Of a stretch of DNA of 64,000 nt, positions 1-12,683 are shown piece by piece. Source of the DNA: Paraspadella gotoi (Eukaryota > Animalia > Chaetognatha); assembly GCA_051294375.1 (NCBI GenBank), contig CM119271.1:16126770-16190769 (forward strand), in the 5' to 3' direction. A program made the translations under genes and the position numbers. The notes under the pieces are model-generated. The model did not search any database. It was not told the origin of the DNA and saw nothing but the letters and a program-made list of their open reading frames with translations. Every line of letters starts with the position of its first letter. The stretch's first letter is position 1.

Positions 1-543
1 CATTACTATGGATTTTTCTTTAAGATTCTATTTTTGTTAACACTGCGTATCATGCTCAAAAAGATTTCATTAAAATGTAATCAGATCGACCAATAAGCGT
101 ATTTAAATATTTGAGAGGAGAATAAGTTTCCTTTGAGAAAAATAGTTATGGTCGAAAGAAGCAAATCGTCCTCTTTTTTCAGAACCCGCGGTTCCGCGTT
201 GGTTTTTTTTTCACCATTTTTGTTTAAATGTTTTTATTTTATTTTGCGAATTCGTAATAAGCGACGAGAGAGAGAGAGAGTGTGTGAGAGCGAGACAAAG
301 AGTCGATGGCCGCGACGGAGAAAGAAACTCGGTCGGAATTCTGGACGGAATCTCGTGACACGATCACGGAACATAACGCATCCGGTTTCGCCAAAAGTGG
401 ATTCCGAGTTTCTGACCTCTGATCCTAAAAATAAGAAAATCTCTCACTTCGTTTCGCGATGCTTCATCGCTGTCACGCCCTATGACGCCCCCCTCCCAAA
501 TCCGTCTCGATCATGATATCCATCGCCAAATAACAACAACAAC

Positions 544-3500
544 ATGATCGACGTCTGCGAGATTCAGCGGGCCACGCCGCCGGATGACGTCGTCGACGGC
601 GTCGCCCGGCGCCGTAATTGTCTGGCACCGCTACAGCCACCGCAGCAGCAGCAACAACAGCAGCTTCCGCTGGATTTGATCTACGTGACGGAGAGAATCA
701 TTTCGATTTCTTTTCCTGCGTCCTCTAATGACGGGTGAGTGAAGAAGTGTTTATAATTATTATTATTATAAAGCTTTATTTATTAAGGATAATTAATCAA
801 ACGAAATGAGAAATCACATGTTTACTCAATTCCACAAATTTTTTTTCTTATTAATAACAAAAACGATATTAACACAATAAAAAACAGTAACGAAATCAAT
901 AACACCGTAAAAAGTCTGGAACACGGTAAATAAATAAATACTACACAGATCACAAAAATATACCCAAACCACTAACATCAATAACATATAACACTACTGG
1001 AATGTTATAAAATGTTAAAAACGAAAAACATATTTTTTCATGATATCATTAATATATGTCATGAACCTATTAATAAGAAACTATAAAAACATTCATTCAT
1101 TTTGTAATTTTGAGTATTGACTGAGATCATGAACTCTTCACCTAATCCATGACGGACGCTTCCTTGAGCTGAAGTTTGGGAATCAAAATATTCATTAAAT
1201 TTTAATATTATTTGATATTTAAAGTTTAAAATAAGTTATCATTCTCGTTCAGTAAAACCTTAAAATATTCTGAGGTTTAAATAAAAAAAATGGCTTGGCT
1301 TAAAACATGAACATTAATCTTTCCGAATGCTACAATATGCAAATTAGAGTTAAAAACATCGTCTTATTCCATAAAGAATTTTCTGTTCATCCCTGACATT
1401 AATCACCATAGGGATCAATTAGAGGAGGTTTCTCGAATGCTGCGACTCAAACACGGGACGAAGTTCGTTATTTTCAATTTGTCGGAAAAACCCGCGGGAA
1501 TTTTGCGTTCAGAGATTCAAGTAAAAAATTAGCACTAGTAACCTAATGACTAGATTAATGATTAAATAATAAATATATCTCCCTCCAAAGGTGGTGGACT
1601 TCAGCTGGCCAGAAGGACTGGCGCCGCCGCTGGAGCGGCTCTGCGGCGTCTGCAAAGCGATGGACTCTTGGCTAAACGCGGATCCGCGTAACGTCGTAGT
1701 ACTTCGCTGCGTCTCGCCCGGAGGGGCGCGCCCCCCTGGGAGGACGGGCGTCGTCGTAGCCGCTTACCTTCACTACAGGTAAAGTTCAAGCGTTCTTGGT
1801 ATAAATGCGGCCCTGAGAGGGGAGTAATACTTTATGATATAAATTGATTTTACGTCAAAAAACGAGAAGAAGGCGCATTTGCGTAAAGATTCGCTTTCAA
1901 AGTTCTTTGGATTTGTTTCCACTCTTCTCAAATCTCGCCATCGGCTTAATCTTTAATTAAATCTCCGTAGCAACATCTGCGCAAGCGCGGATCAGGCGTT
2001 GGATCGCCTGGCGATGCAAAGAGTCTACGACGAGAAGCTCTGTCGAAGCCTCCAACCTTCGCAGCAGCGATACATCGATTACTTTTCCGGTCGGTAAATT
2101 TCTGTTTTTTTGCTTTTATTCGTTTTTATTTGCTTTTATATGCTTTTCTTCTCAGGCCTCCTCAGCGGCGACATCAAGATTCGAAACGATTCTCTCTTCC
2201 TTCACTTTGTCGTCTTGAGAGGCGGTTCTCCCAATTTCGATGGGAAAGGAGGCAGTCGGGTCTTTCTTAAGATTTATCAAGGAATGAAGCAGGTATGGCA
2301 ACAGGGAGACATGTGTGATGCCCCGGGTGTGAGGCAGCTGGCGCACAGGGCTTTGGACCTGCAGGGACCACCCCATGTCACTGGCGTGTTTATGCCAAGA
2401 TAACGCTTAACAAGCGTGACAGTGAGGGGATTGAACCCGGAACTCACGGTTGGTGAACAAGTGATTAGCTGTCCATGCCAATGGAACGAGCTGAGTTTCA
2501 CCAAGCTCTACGGTTTAGGTCAGGGGGAGTGAATGGAGAAAGCAAATACCCTAGTTTTTATCTCAATTTCTCATAAATTTCGTTCTCAAATATTTAAATG
2601 TTTTTTTGGGGGGGATTTCAGGTGTTTAATTCTCCCGTTTACTCAATGTCGTCTTCTTCAACGACGACTACAACAACAACAACAACAACAACAACTCAAT
2701 CCAACCAAAGATTTTCCTCGTGCGACAAAAGCGACGAAGATTGTCGAAGGTCACTTTTTATCTTTTTAAGTTAAATTTACCCTTTAATTTTATTAATATT
2801 ATTCATAATCATTTTGATTTATTTTCTTTCCTTTTTGACAACAACAACAACGACAGAAGCGTGACGCCCCCCTCTCCATCCTCCTACTCTTCCTCCTCCT
2901 ACGCTTACTCTCAAACCAACGAGCCTCTCTGCGTCCCCGTCCTCGATCCAGAGAGCGATGGCGGCGGCGGCGGCGCTGGCCTCCTGCTCCGCGGCGACGT
3001 GCTGATCAAGTGTTACCACAAGAAGTTCCGCTGCGCCACTCGTCAGACTCTCTTCCGCCTTCAATTCCACACTTGCGCCGTCGACCCGAGACGAGACTTT
3101 CAAGTGAGGACGATTGTTACGACGATGATGATTATACTAATGATAAATTGATAAATTGATAATGATTTATTTCCATTTTGCTTCCAAGGATTCCTGGTCG
3201 GTGAGTTTTCCCAAATCCTCCCTGGACGCGGCTTCAGTGGACGAGCGATTCCCTTCCTCCTTCAGCGTTGACCTCGTCTTCTCGTCTTCGCCCGACGCCG
3301 TCCAACCGAGAGTCGAAGACTTCGACGCCGGCGGAACGACGCTCGTGGCGCTGGGGACGCCGGAAGACGGCGACGGCAGAGGTGGGTGGGGAGCCGAGTG
3401 GAAGAGGGTCTTTTAATCTCATTTGCATATTATCGTTATTAGCTTTAATTTTAAATGGGGTTTTTCTTCTATAAAAATTTTAAATTGTAAAAATTTTAAA

Positions 3501-5202
3501 AATTTGTTGTTTTTGTTTTGTGATAATATTTATAATATTTTTCCATTTAAATTATTTCATTTTTTTATTTCTATTTCCTATTGTCTTCTACCCATTCCTC
3601 CTTTTCCTTCCTTCTTTCAGCCTCTATTTCCATGGATCCCGTCATTCGCTGGGATTCTTACGAAAATTTTCGTCGCGATGAAGACGGCGCCCAGTCGCCC
3701 GTCGGGCACGCTTCGCCCTTCGGCCCTTCATCCCCCGACTCTCCTCATTCGCCCGTCTTTCGTTCGTCCCCTTCTAGTCCTTCCCCTCGTCAGTCACTTT
3801 CGCCCGAACCTCATTCGCCGCCAACGCGTTCGCCAGAGCCAAGGGCTGCGGATCGCCGTTCTCCCTCCACCCGATTGGCCGCATCTCCCGACCCGCAGCC
3901 GAGACCAACGCGGTCGCCGAATCGGACGACTGAGGAAGAGGCAGACGGTGAGAAAGAAGGAAGTTGATCGACCCTGGCCCTTTTGGGTTGGCCCTTATGG
4001 TTTTTCCCTTTTGGGTTGGCCCTTATGGTTTTTCCCTTTTGGGGTGGCCCTTATGGTTTTTCCCTTTTTCCCTTTTTCCCTTTTTGGTCCTTTTTGGGTG
4101 GCCCCTTATAGGTTGACCCCTTTTGGGTTGGGCCCTTTTGTGGTGACCTCTTGAAATGATATTTCCTTTTATCCATTTAGTTTCTATTTCGACGCCAGTT
4201 TACGCCAAAGTCCAAAAAAAGTCTCGGACGGGAACGAGCGATTCAGGTTTAACGTTTAAGTAAATCAATAAATGTATTTATTTTTAATATTTGCCAATTT
4301 TCTAAAAATAGAAATCTCGAGCGAGTCTGTCCGGTCTCCTTGCCCCGACGACCTCGTCGATCTCGTCGACGCCTGCGCCAACTACGCCGAGATCCAAGTC
4401 AACGACGACTGCGGCGGCGGAAGCGGCGGAAGCGGCGGAAGCGGCGGCGAATTTCAAACAAGAAAAATGAAATCTGGCGAATCCGTCGTTTCTTCTTCTT
4501 CCTTCCGAAATCATAAACCTAACCCAGCAATCTCTTCCGCTCCTCCTCCTCGCTGTTCCTCTTCTTCCGCTCCTCCTCGCTGCTCCTCGTCTTCCGCTCC
4601 TCCTCGCTGCTCCTCGTCTTCCGCTCATCCTCCTCACGGGTCATCCTCTTCTTCTTCTTCCTCCACTGGGTCGTGGACGCACTCTTCCGGCGCCGAGACC
4701 GTTGTTCCTCAGGTCTCTGCCATGAGCGCCGCTGCTCCCGCTCCCGCCGCTTCTCCCACTCCCGCTCCCGCCGCTGCTCCCGCTCCCGCTCCCGCCGCTG
4801 CTCTCGCTCCCGCTGCGGTCGCATTAGACGGGTTTGTCCTTGAGTTTTTAATTACTTAAATTTGAGTATGAAAATTATATTCTATTCGCTGCACTTGGCT
4901 AACTTTATTTCATTCATTCATTTCATTCATTCACTCTTTCTTTCATTCACTTATTCAGCTTCTCTTTTTTTCTTCAGTCCCTCTGCTTTGACATCGTGGG
5001 CGGCGATCGGGAATCAATCAACTTCGGAGGCTTCCATCTCCACCGCTGCCTCCGCCGCCACTGCCGCGTCTGTCGCCGCCTCGACCGCTGCCGTCACTCC
5101 TTCCGCTACATCCGTCGCCGCAGTTAATTACAAAGGTAAGCACTAAAAGAGGGAAAGAAAGAGATTCACTCTCTTTCTGCCGCCATCTTCGACGAGGAGA
5201 AA

Positions 5203-5248
<46 letters not shown>

Positions 5249-8200
5249 GCGAGCGAGCGAGCGAGAGATGTAGATATTCTTAACTCTAATCTTTTTTTTC
5301 AGCCGCCATCTTCGACGAGGAGGAACTCCTCAACAAAACAGCGGAACTGGACGATCTTCTCAACGAACTTCTGCTCGAAGGGGAGAGGGAAGGGGCGTCG
5401 TCGCCGACCTTGGCGGCGCCGTGGTGGCGTAAAGACGAAAGGGTGGTTACGCCGGGTGTAGTGGCAAGCGCCGACGGCACCGCGGATGGCGGGCCGCAGC
5501 CGCCTCCTCGCGGAACTAGCGTCGCAGTCATGGACGGGTGGGGGCGCTTGAGACTTCTTTGTTTTTGTTTTGGTTTATGTTCATTTAATAATTTTAAAGT
5601 TTCATTTATTTGTTTGATTTATTCCTCAGCTACATCGCCGCCGCCGTGGTTCACGCTCAAAACGCGGCAGAGCAGCACCAGCGTCGATTTTCGTCCTCTC
5701 CTCCTCCTCTCGCCGCGACTCTCTCGCCGAGAATGGGAAAGAGAGATGCATAGTGAGAATTCCCAATTCTTTTCTACCTTTACTAACTTAGTAGTAATAA
5801 AGATTACACGTAATAGTAATATTTTACATTATCGCTTTCAGCCAATCGGAAACGAAGCCGATCCGCAGCGCCAGCTTCACCCAGTCCACGTCCTCGCCCT
5901 CTGATTGGCTGGAGAGACAAAAGCTAAAAATACAACAGAGAAGCGACGTCGGTCAAAGATGCGCTCCTCCTCCTCAGGGCGCCGCGCTAAGGTTAGAGGA
6001 CCTCTTGCTTCGAGCCGTCCCGCCCCCCCCCCCCGAGTGAAGAGTAAGTGATTGACCTGGAAGTCTCTCATAATGAGCTGACTGTATGACAGTATGTAGG
6101 CGATTGGTGGGTACGGAAAAGAGCGGGAGATTAATGAGGTTTCTTTGAGAGCTATCTGTGTGCCTCCCGCCTTGTTTTGCCCATTTAAGCTTAAGCTGAA
6201 TACGAAAGTATTAATAATTAATTCATAATTAATGTATAAATGTTATATATAACTTATATCTTATATCAATTAACTTATATAAATTTCCAGACATTACGGG
6301 TACGAGCCTTTGCTTCGCTCGGTCAACGGGTACGAAAGGAGCAACGAAGAAAAGCTGTTGGTCGCTGAACTGAAGCTTTATCAGCAGGTCGCTCGTTAAG
6401 AAATTCTACTTTATATATTATATATAGTATATACATAATATATATAACCTCTATAAATGAAATATATATGATTCTTGTTTTATCATATTTAGCGCTTTAA
6501 CTCTGCCTCGTTGGCTGCCGCCTCCTCCGCCGCCTCCAGTCAAAATACTAGTCAAACCGAACGATCGTCCGACGGTGGAGATTCGATCGTCGGCGGTGAG
6601 AGATTTTAGCGAAATTAATCTTTATTTAATCCATAATTAAAATATATTGCAAAATGAGAGAACGACATTGAAGAAAAGTCGAGATGAAATGCCGGTTATA
6701 TTTAATCTCCAACTTTATTCGGCATGTATCGTCGGTTATTTTGATTGATTAATAATTTAATTTATTAATATAAGTCGTTTCTTTTTCTTTACAATTTTTC
6801 CAGCCTCGATTCCTCCGACTCTCACTTCCCCTCCGAACGTTTCTTCCTCTTCGCCCGTCGCCTTCCTTTCCTTCGACCCTTCGTCTCCCTCTTTATCCGC
6901 CGCTCCAACGGCCGCCCCCCTCGCCGCTCCAACGGTCGCCGCTCCAACGGCCGCCCCTCCAACGGCCGCCCCTTCTTCCACTCCGGGCGGCCTCAGCTCG
7001 AGCAGTTCCGCCGCCGACTTCTCCATCGGCGGCTTCGACCATCTTGGACGAGCCTATTGGGCCGGAGGAGACGGGACGCCGAGATATCCGGCGGCGGCGA
7101 CGGCGAGGGACGGCATCCCGGTGCCGGAAGAGTTACGGCCTTTGATCAGTCCGGAAGCGGCGGCGTCGACCGGCGTCGAGACGGCGGCGTCGTGGGAATG
7201 TGAAGGAAACGTGAGAGAGGTATTACTATTACTAAGTTAAATTCGTATTCTTTCTTTACTATTCTTTGAAGTCGATTTCATTTTAATCTTTCCTACTGTA
7301 ATAATCTCTAAATACTTATATTTCCTCACTATTATTTCTTTACTGTTCTTCGTACTCTTAATTCTAATCTTTCCTTCAGCGACGATCGGACGACGAATTC
7401 TTTGTGATTCCGCCCAACGGATTTCAAGATCGAACGATTTACTCGGAGGTCAGACTAATTATTTTATTTAATGTAATTATTTAATTATTAATAGCTTAAT
7501 AAATCCGATCGCCTTCCAGGAGCAAATTTCCGTGGAAGCGGCGGAGATCGACGCTCTCACCGCCTTCAAAGTTCTCGGGGCGCGAATCTCGGACGCGAGA
7601 GGCGACTTGGCTTCCGCCTCCGATTCATTTCTCGACGATCGCGTCCCTTCGCCGCCTCCGCCGCTGCTGCCGCCGCCGACGGAGCAGCGCGTCCACTCCA
7701 AAGTCGACGCCCTCATCGAAATGTTGGACGGAGGCGTCGTCGTCGACGAGGTTTCTCCCGAAGACGACGCCGAAAGAGAAGCGAAGGTCGATGCGGCGCC
7801 GCGAGTTATTAACGGCGTCGGTTTGACTCAGAGGGCGCCGGACGAATCCATCGAGACAACGCCGCCAATCTCGATCGCGAATGGAAGATTCGATATTTTT
7901 GTTCATCGATCGATGGAAGAAGAGAATCATGATTCTGAGGCAAAACTTGAGTTGGACCCGATGATCCAAAAGTTGGACCCGATGATCCAGAATTCGGATC
8001 CGATGACCCAAAAGTTGGACCCGATGACCCAGAATTCGGATCCGATAACCCAAAAGTTGGACCCGATGACCCCAAAATTGGTTGAGACGCGGTCCACAGA
8101 TTCCACCGTCGCTGCTCCGGTTTCTCAGTCCAACTTGTCCGTCGTTTCCGAGTCCGCTTCTGAAAGGTACGAGAGCTTTGATTAATATAGGATTTAGTAT

Positions 8201-11200
8201 TTATGTATTTAGTTATTTATTACTTAACACTTATGATTTATTTTGAAACAGAAGCGTGATCACTTTCGTCGACGTACGAGACGCAGACGTCGCTAGTCCA
8301 TCGTTTCGTCTCCATGACGACGCGGAACGCGATTCTATCGAAGTTTCGATCGGGTCAACGTCGAGAGTGAGTCTCTGTCTCTATCCTAGTAATTCTTTTT
8401 TTTTTCTGTTTCTTTTTTACTTTGCTTTATTTCTAGAGCGATCAAATCTCCGCCATTTCTCAGCCGAGTCATCATCAGCCGGTCTTTGTCCGTGATACTT
8501 CCCAATTTTGGTAATTACGCTAATGTTGCTTCGTTGCTCAATTAATAATTACGCTTAATCCACATGATTAATTATGCTTACGTCATGCTATGTCGCCCTT
8601 TCTTAACTGGCTGGCAATACGCGAGGAAGACCTGCCTTCCTTTTAACCATAACAAACATAGACATATCATTTTCCTCGAACAGTTAATTCAAATACCACT
8701 TCATCGATAGGGAAGCCAGGTCATCTGGGTGTTTATTATCTAAACTGTTAGTCCAAAATCGGGGACAAAATAGCAAATTTATTGAATGCGAATGGCTAAT
8801 TTTAACATTGGTTGTACCAATTAAATTGAATGGCTAATTTTAACATTGGTTGTACCAATTCCATTGAGGTACAAACCTCTAATCTCCCGCGAAGAGGCGG
8901 TGGCGGCTCTCGCCTCCAAACCTCCAGGAACTTTCATCGTCCGCGACTCCAACTCTTTTCCCGGCGCCTTCGGTCTCGCAGTTAAGGTCGCCGCTCTCCC
9001 GCCCAACGTCGTCGCGCAGAGGTTTGTGCGGTTGTTGGTTTCTTAGTTATGGTTGTTGTAGAGGTTTGTGCGGTTTGTTGTCGTGGTAGATGTGGTTTTA
9101 GTGTGTTGTTGTTTTTTGTTGTGGGTATAGTTGTGGTGGTTTTTCTGCTGGATGTTATTTTTGGTTGTTGTTTGTTGTTATCGCTATTAAAGTTTAATAT
9201 TCTCCTTGAAGACGCCAATCAGACGCGCCCTCTGCCTCTGATTTCGTCCGTCATTTCCTCATCGAGTCGACATCTCGCGGCGTGAGACTCAAAGGCTGCG
9301 TCAACGAACCCACATTCGCTTCACTCGCCGCTCTCGTCTATCAACACTCCATCACCAGACTGGGTGCGCTATTTTTGGCTTCTTTACCTCCATATTTGTT
9401 ATGAAATTATTATGACCGAAATCAAAGTAATCTATTAATTCAGTCTGTAAATTAATAAGTAAATATATTAAAATAATAAAATTTTGACTCTGATCTATTA
9501 CTCGTGCAAAATAAAAAGAGCAAAATATTATCATATTTTTTTACAATTGTTAATCGTTTGCTATTTATATCTATTTAATAATTAAACAGCGCTACCGTGT
9601 GAACTGATTTTGCCGACTTCGGATCCTGTTGAGGATCGAGACTCAAATCGAACGATAAAAAACGGAGATGAGACGCGAGATGTAGAAAAAAGTGAGTACA
9701 ACTGTCAATTTAAAATAAAACAATTTAATTTAATTAATTGATTTAATATATATTTCGTTTGGAAAAAGGAAATTCCCCTGCGCCTTCGGTGACGGGGTCT
9801 AAAAGCGCTTCCTGTAAAGTCCTCTACCTCAACTCTGTGGACACGGAGTCGTTAACGGGACCTCAGGCCGTCAAGAAGGCCATCAACATGACGCTGGACA
9901 ACAACCCTTCCCCGCCCACGCCCACCATCGTGCATTTCAAGGTCAGTCGTTGAGAGAAAATCGTATTACGCCACTTCGCTTTTCTCTAGTACATTTTTTG
10001 TAAGGTGCGGCATGTAAATGAAGAAAATGATGTAAATGAAGAAAATGAACCACGCCATTTCAAAAGAAAGTGAGATCTTTTAATAATAAAGATCTAAATT
10101 GTCCGAGTCCTTTTAACATGAACGGTAATTTCAATGTGTATTTCCCTTTGATCACATGATATGACATATGCTCCCTTTAGATGCTCCATTTCCAGAAGAC
10201 AACACTAACATCCCTCTCCCCATTACATTATAAAGAATGTAATTAAATCTAATATATAGTAAAATTTATTAAATTCTTACATTTATTTTAAAATTTAATT
10301 AAAATTTAATATAAATTTTTAAAGTCTAATTTAGTAAAACTAGGAGTCTACGTCGTTCTTAGAGATCGAGGAAGACTTTTCAATGGAGATTTTCGTTCAA
10401 ATCTGACTACCAAACAATATAAACGCTCCTAGTAAAAATTCTGGTAAAATATCGATGTAAAAACACTTGATTCTGATCCTGCTGCATCTGAAGGGCTCGC
10501 ATTTTTTTTCTCTTGTCAAATCATCAAATCTTGATATCAAACAAGCCAGAACAAATAGACTGCATCTGGACAGAAAAATTTTCCATCTCTGATTTTATAT
10601 AGAAATTAAGAGGATTTTTTTTCCTTGAAAACGATATAAACGTGACTGAGGTATGTTCCTGTTCAACAAATGAGGTCCAATTTTGGAATCCTTTGGCAAA
10701 GTGTCTGAAGGGCTCTCAAAATTTTTCTTTACATTTTATTTGGTTATTTTGATATGATACGATCATGGTAAAGTGAATTAGTCCATTTTGGTGAAATTTT
10801 TATTTAAAGTAAAAGAGGAGCTAACGATCGGAATTCTAAGAGTTATCAACCGGGAGTCAGATTCGGGAAAAATCTTCTTATGGCGAAAATCTTCCAAAGA
10901 AGGGGTGAATTTTCCGAAGATTTTGGTTAATATTTTCTATATTTATAGTTGGATTTTTTTGAAACTTAATATTAACAATATTGCCATCATTCTACCTTGG
11001 CTGGTATAAGAATATATTAAAAAAACCTCGGGCTTTGTTCGTCAGAGCCTAGTCCTAGTAAAACAAGTAATCCTGCAATTTTTCATGACTAAAATTTTTT
11101 TTGCCCGTGTATTTTTGACATGCACTGCATTAAAATTCTATCTTTTATTCTTTATAGTTTTAGGAATTCCTGAAGGCGACGCTAGCAGTTCTTTAGATTT

Positions 11201-12683
11201 GATAGTGTTAACAAATGAGCAACCAACTATAGGCAAATTATATGCATTTTTAACGTAAGTCGGACAGACCGACCGAAAAGTGATTTTTAGAACTAAAAAG
11301 GTGCAATTGTAATTTTAAATTTGTGTTTAACCTTTTTTAATTCAATATTTAATATCACTCCAAAATCTATTTTGAGATTAAGGAGTTATTTCTTTCTCAA
11401 TTTTTCGTTTAATTTGTATCAGTATCTGGGATCTTTAACTATTTTCAAAATGAAATATTTAACAATAATGTCTTAAACTAGGATTTAACGTAATAAAAAA
11501 GTAGAAAAACTGTTGTAATATATTATAAATGTATTAGACAGTTACAAATATTAAACTTCGTATTTAAAAAGAATTACAAAAGAATTAAAATTATTAAACT
11601 AATTCCCATAAACCCTTGACTGAAGTGCCCAGTGTCCCTGGCAGGGAGTTGGTTTTTTGTTGTTCGATCGACTGAATCGACGTCAGCGCCGAGAAAATCC
11701 GCATTTCAGCCGAGACGACGACGATGACGACGACGATTAGTTGATTCATGTCAGGATTTTCCTTAACGAAACGACGACGACGACGACGACGACGACGACA
11801 GGCGAACGCGACGACGACGACAAGATGGTGATTTCGTGTTTCTAACCAGAACGACCAAAAAAAAAAAAAAAAAAAAACTACGGCTAATTTTATTCTGGTT
11901 TTTAAGTTTGAAGTCGTTGAAGATTCTAGGAATGAGCTGACTTTTTTTGTTCAAACGTTGTTGTGTTTTTTGTTTCAGTTTTCGTAGCTGCGTCAGGATT
12001 GTTATTGGGATTCTAAATTATACACCTCTGATGAAATTAAAACCAAAAAAATTTTAAAAGTAGGACATACCTTGTAATGTTTTTCCAAATTTTCAAATTT
12101 TAGAAAAGTTAATTTTTTTTTATAAAAAGTAAACACGTATTTTTTCTTCTTTTTCTTTTCTTCGTCTCTACGTCTGTGTTTAGTTTTTGTACTTTCCAAC
12201 AAGGTGACGAGCGACGGCATCACTCTGACCGACAGCCAACGTAAAGTCTTCTTCCGGCGTCATTACCCTGTCGGCGCCGTCACTTACTGCGGCGTCGACC
12301 CAGAAGACCGACGCTGTTTTGGCTTCGTCGCCAGGGACGACGTCGCTGGCGACAACGACGCCGCTCACAACCAGGTCGGCGTCGAGCGGCGTTGGGTATT
12401 GTTTTTTTCATCAGAGCGTTTGATTTATGTATAGAATTAAGTTATTAAATTACTTTTTTAAACATTATTGATGGTGAGCGGATGGAGAGATACATCAATT
12501 TTAAACAGAGATTACTAGAATGATTTAACGTTAAGTAAAAGAATGGATTAAGGATTAAGGATGGCATTATTTTGTTATCAGTGCCACGTGTTCGCGTCTC
12601 TGGAACCGGATCAACCGGCGACGGCCATCGTCAATTTCGTCACCAAAGTCATGATCGGATCTAAGAGGAGAATCTTTGAGTGA
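544..12683 (+). CDS. TNS: Tensin (PTEN-like PTP + C2 domains, long low-complexity linker, SH2 + PTB), ~29 exons
   Basis: Spliced translation gives tensin hallmarks: [16 protein letters not shown] (544-734), [21 protein letters not shown] (1412-1520), [36 protein letters not shown] (1591-1778), [15 protein letters not shown]...[11 protein letters not shown] (2857-3103), [12 protein letters not shown] (3621-), YAKVQKK (~4200), SH2 FVRDTSQFW|[10 protein letters not shown]...[19 protein letters not shown] (8437-9020), [23 protein letters not shown] (9769-9941), [18 protein letters not shown] (12203-12374), [27 protein letters not shown] (12582-12683). GT-AG junctions keep frame where checked. Confidence 0.95.
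2294..2530 (-). mobile_element. Decayed solo LTR of the twister-bearing TRIM family (antisense, tensin intron 2293-2621)
   Basis: The reverse complement contains the B box CCGGGTTCAATCCC, then TAA-ACAC-GC-CAGTGAC..GTCCCTG-CAGG-TCCAAAGC-CCTG, and ends CTGTTGCCATA, colinear with the LTRs at 35031/35512. The LTR 5' end (higher coordinate) is uncertain. Confidence 0.8.
5206..5267. repeat. (GA)n / (GAGC)n microsatellite
   Basis: Directly visible in a tensin intron. Confidence 0.95.
7950..8080 (+). repeat. Coding 21-bp tandem repeat (LDPMIQK/SDPMTQK heptads, ~6 units) inside a tensin exon
   Basis: ttggacccgatgatccaaaag-like units; translation [43 protein letters not shown]. Confidence 0.9.
8680..8862 (-). 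repeat. Copy of dispersed repeat family A (reverse orientation, terminal segment tandemly duplicated)
   Basis: Reverse complement reads aattggtacaaccaatgttaaaattagccattc...cctggcttccctatcgatgaagtggta, matching 18286, 25284 and 32050. Confidence 0.8.
11102..11310 (+). repeat. Dispersed repeat family B (Helentron/HINE-like non-autonomous element fragment)
   Basis: gcccgtgtatttt...tttaggaattcctgaaggcg..ctagcagt...gcatttttaa..gacagaccgaccgaaaagtga is shared with 54027-54202; the (GACC/GACA)n microsatellite is typical of HINE-like elements (class is inference). Confidence 0.65.

Noticed and set aside
133-516. 127-aa ORF upstream of tensin in the same frame (possible readthrough or extension)
   Set aside because: TTG start, includes (GA)n and T-run sequence, no domain similarity; more likely promoter/5' UTR.
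3975-4145. Degenerate ggccc-tt-tgg repeats (and gatagggaaaag repeats at 28020-28140, 27-bp doublet at 29742-29795)
   Set aside because: Simple slippage-type low-complexity repeats with no higher-order organisation.
11025-11060. Hammerhead core CTGACGA on the minus strand
   Set aside because: No stem II-GAAA or closing stems follow; the other CTGANGA hits I noticed are coding or unstructured.
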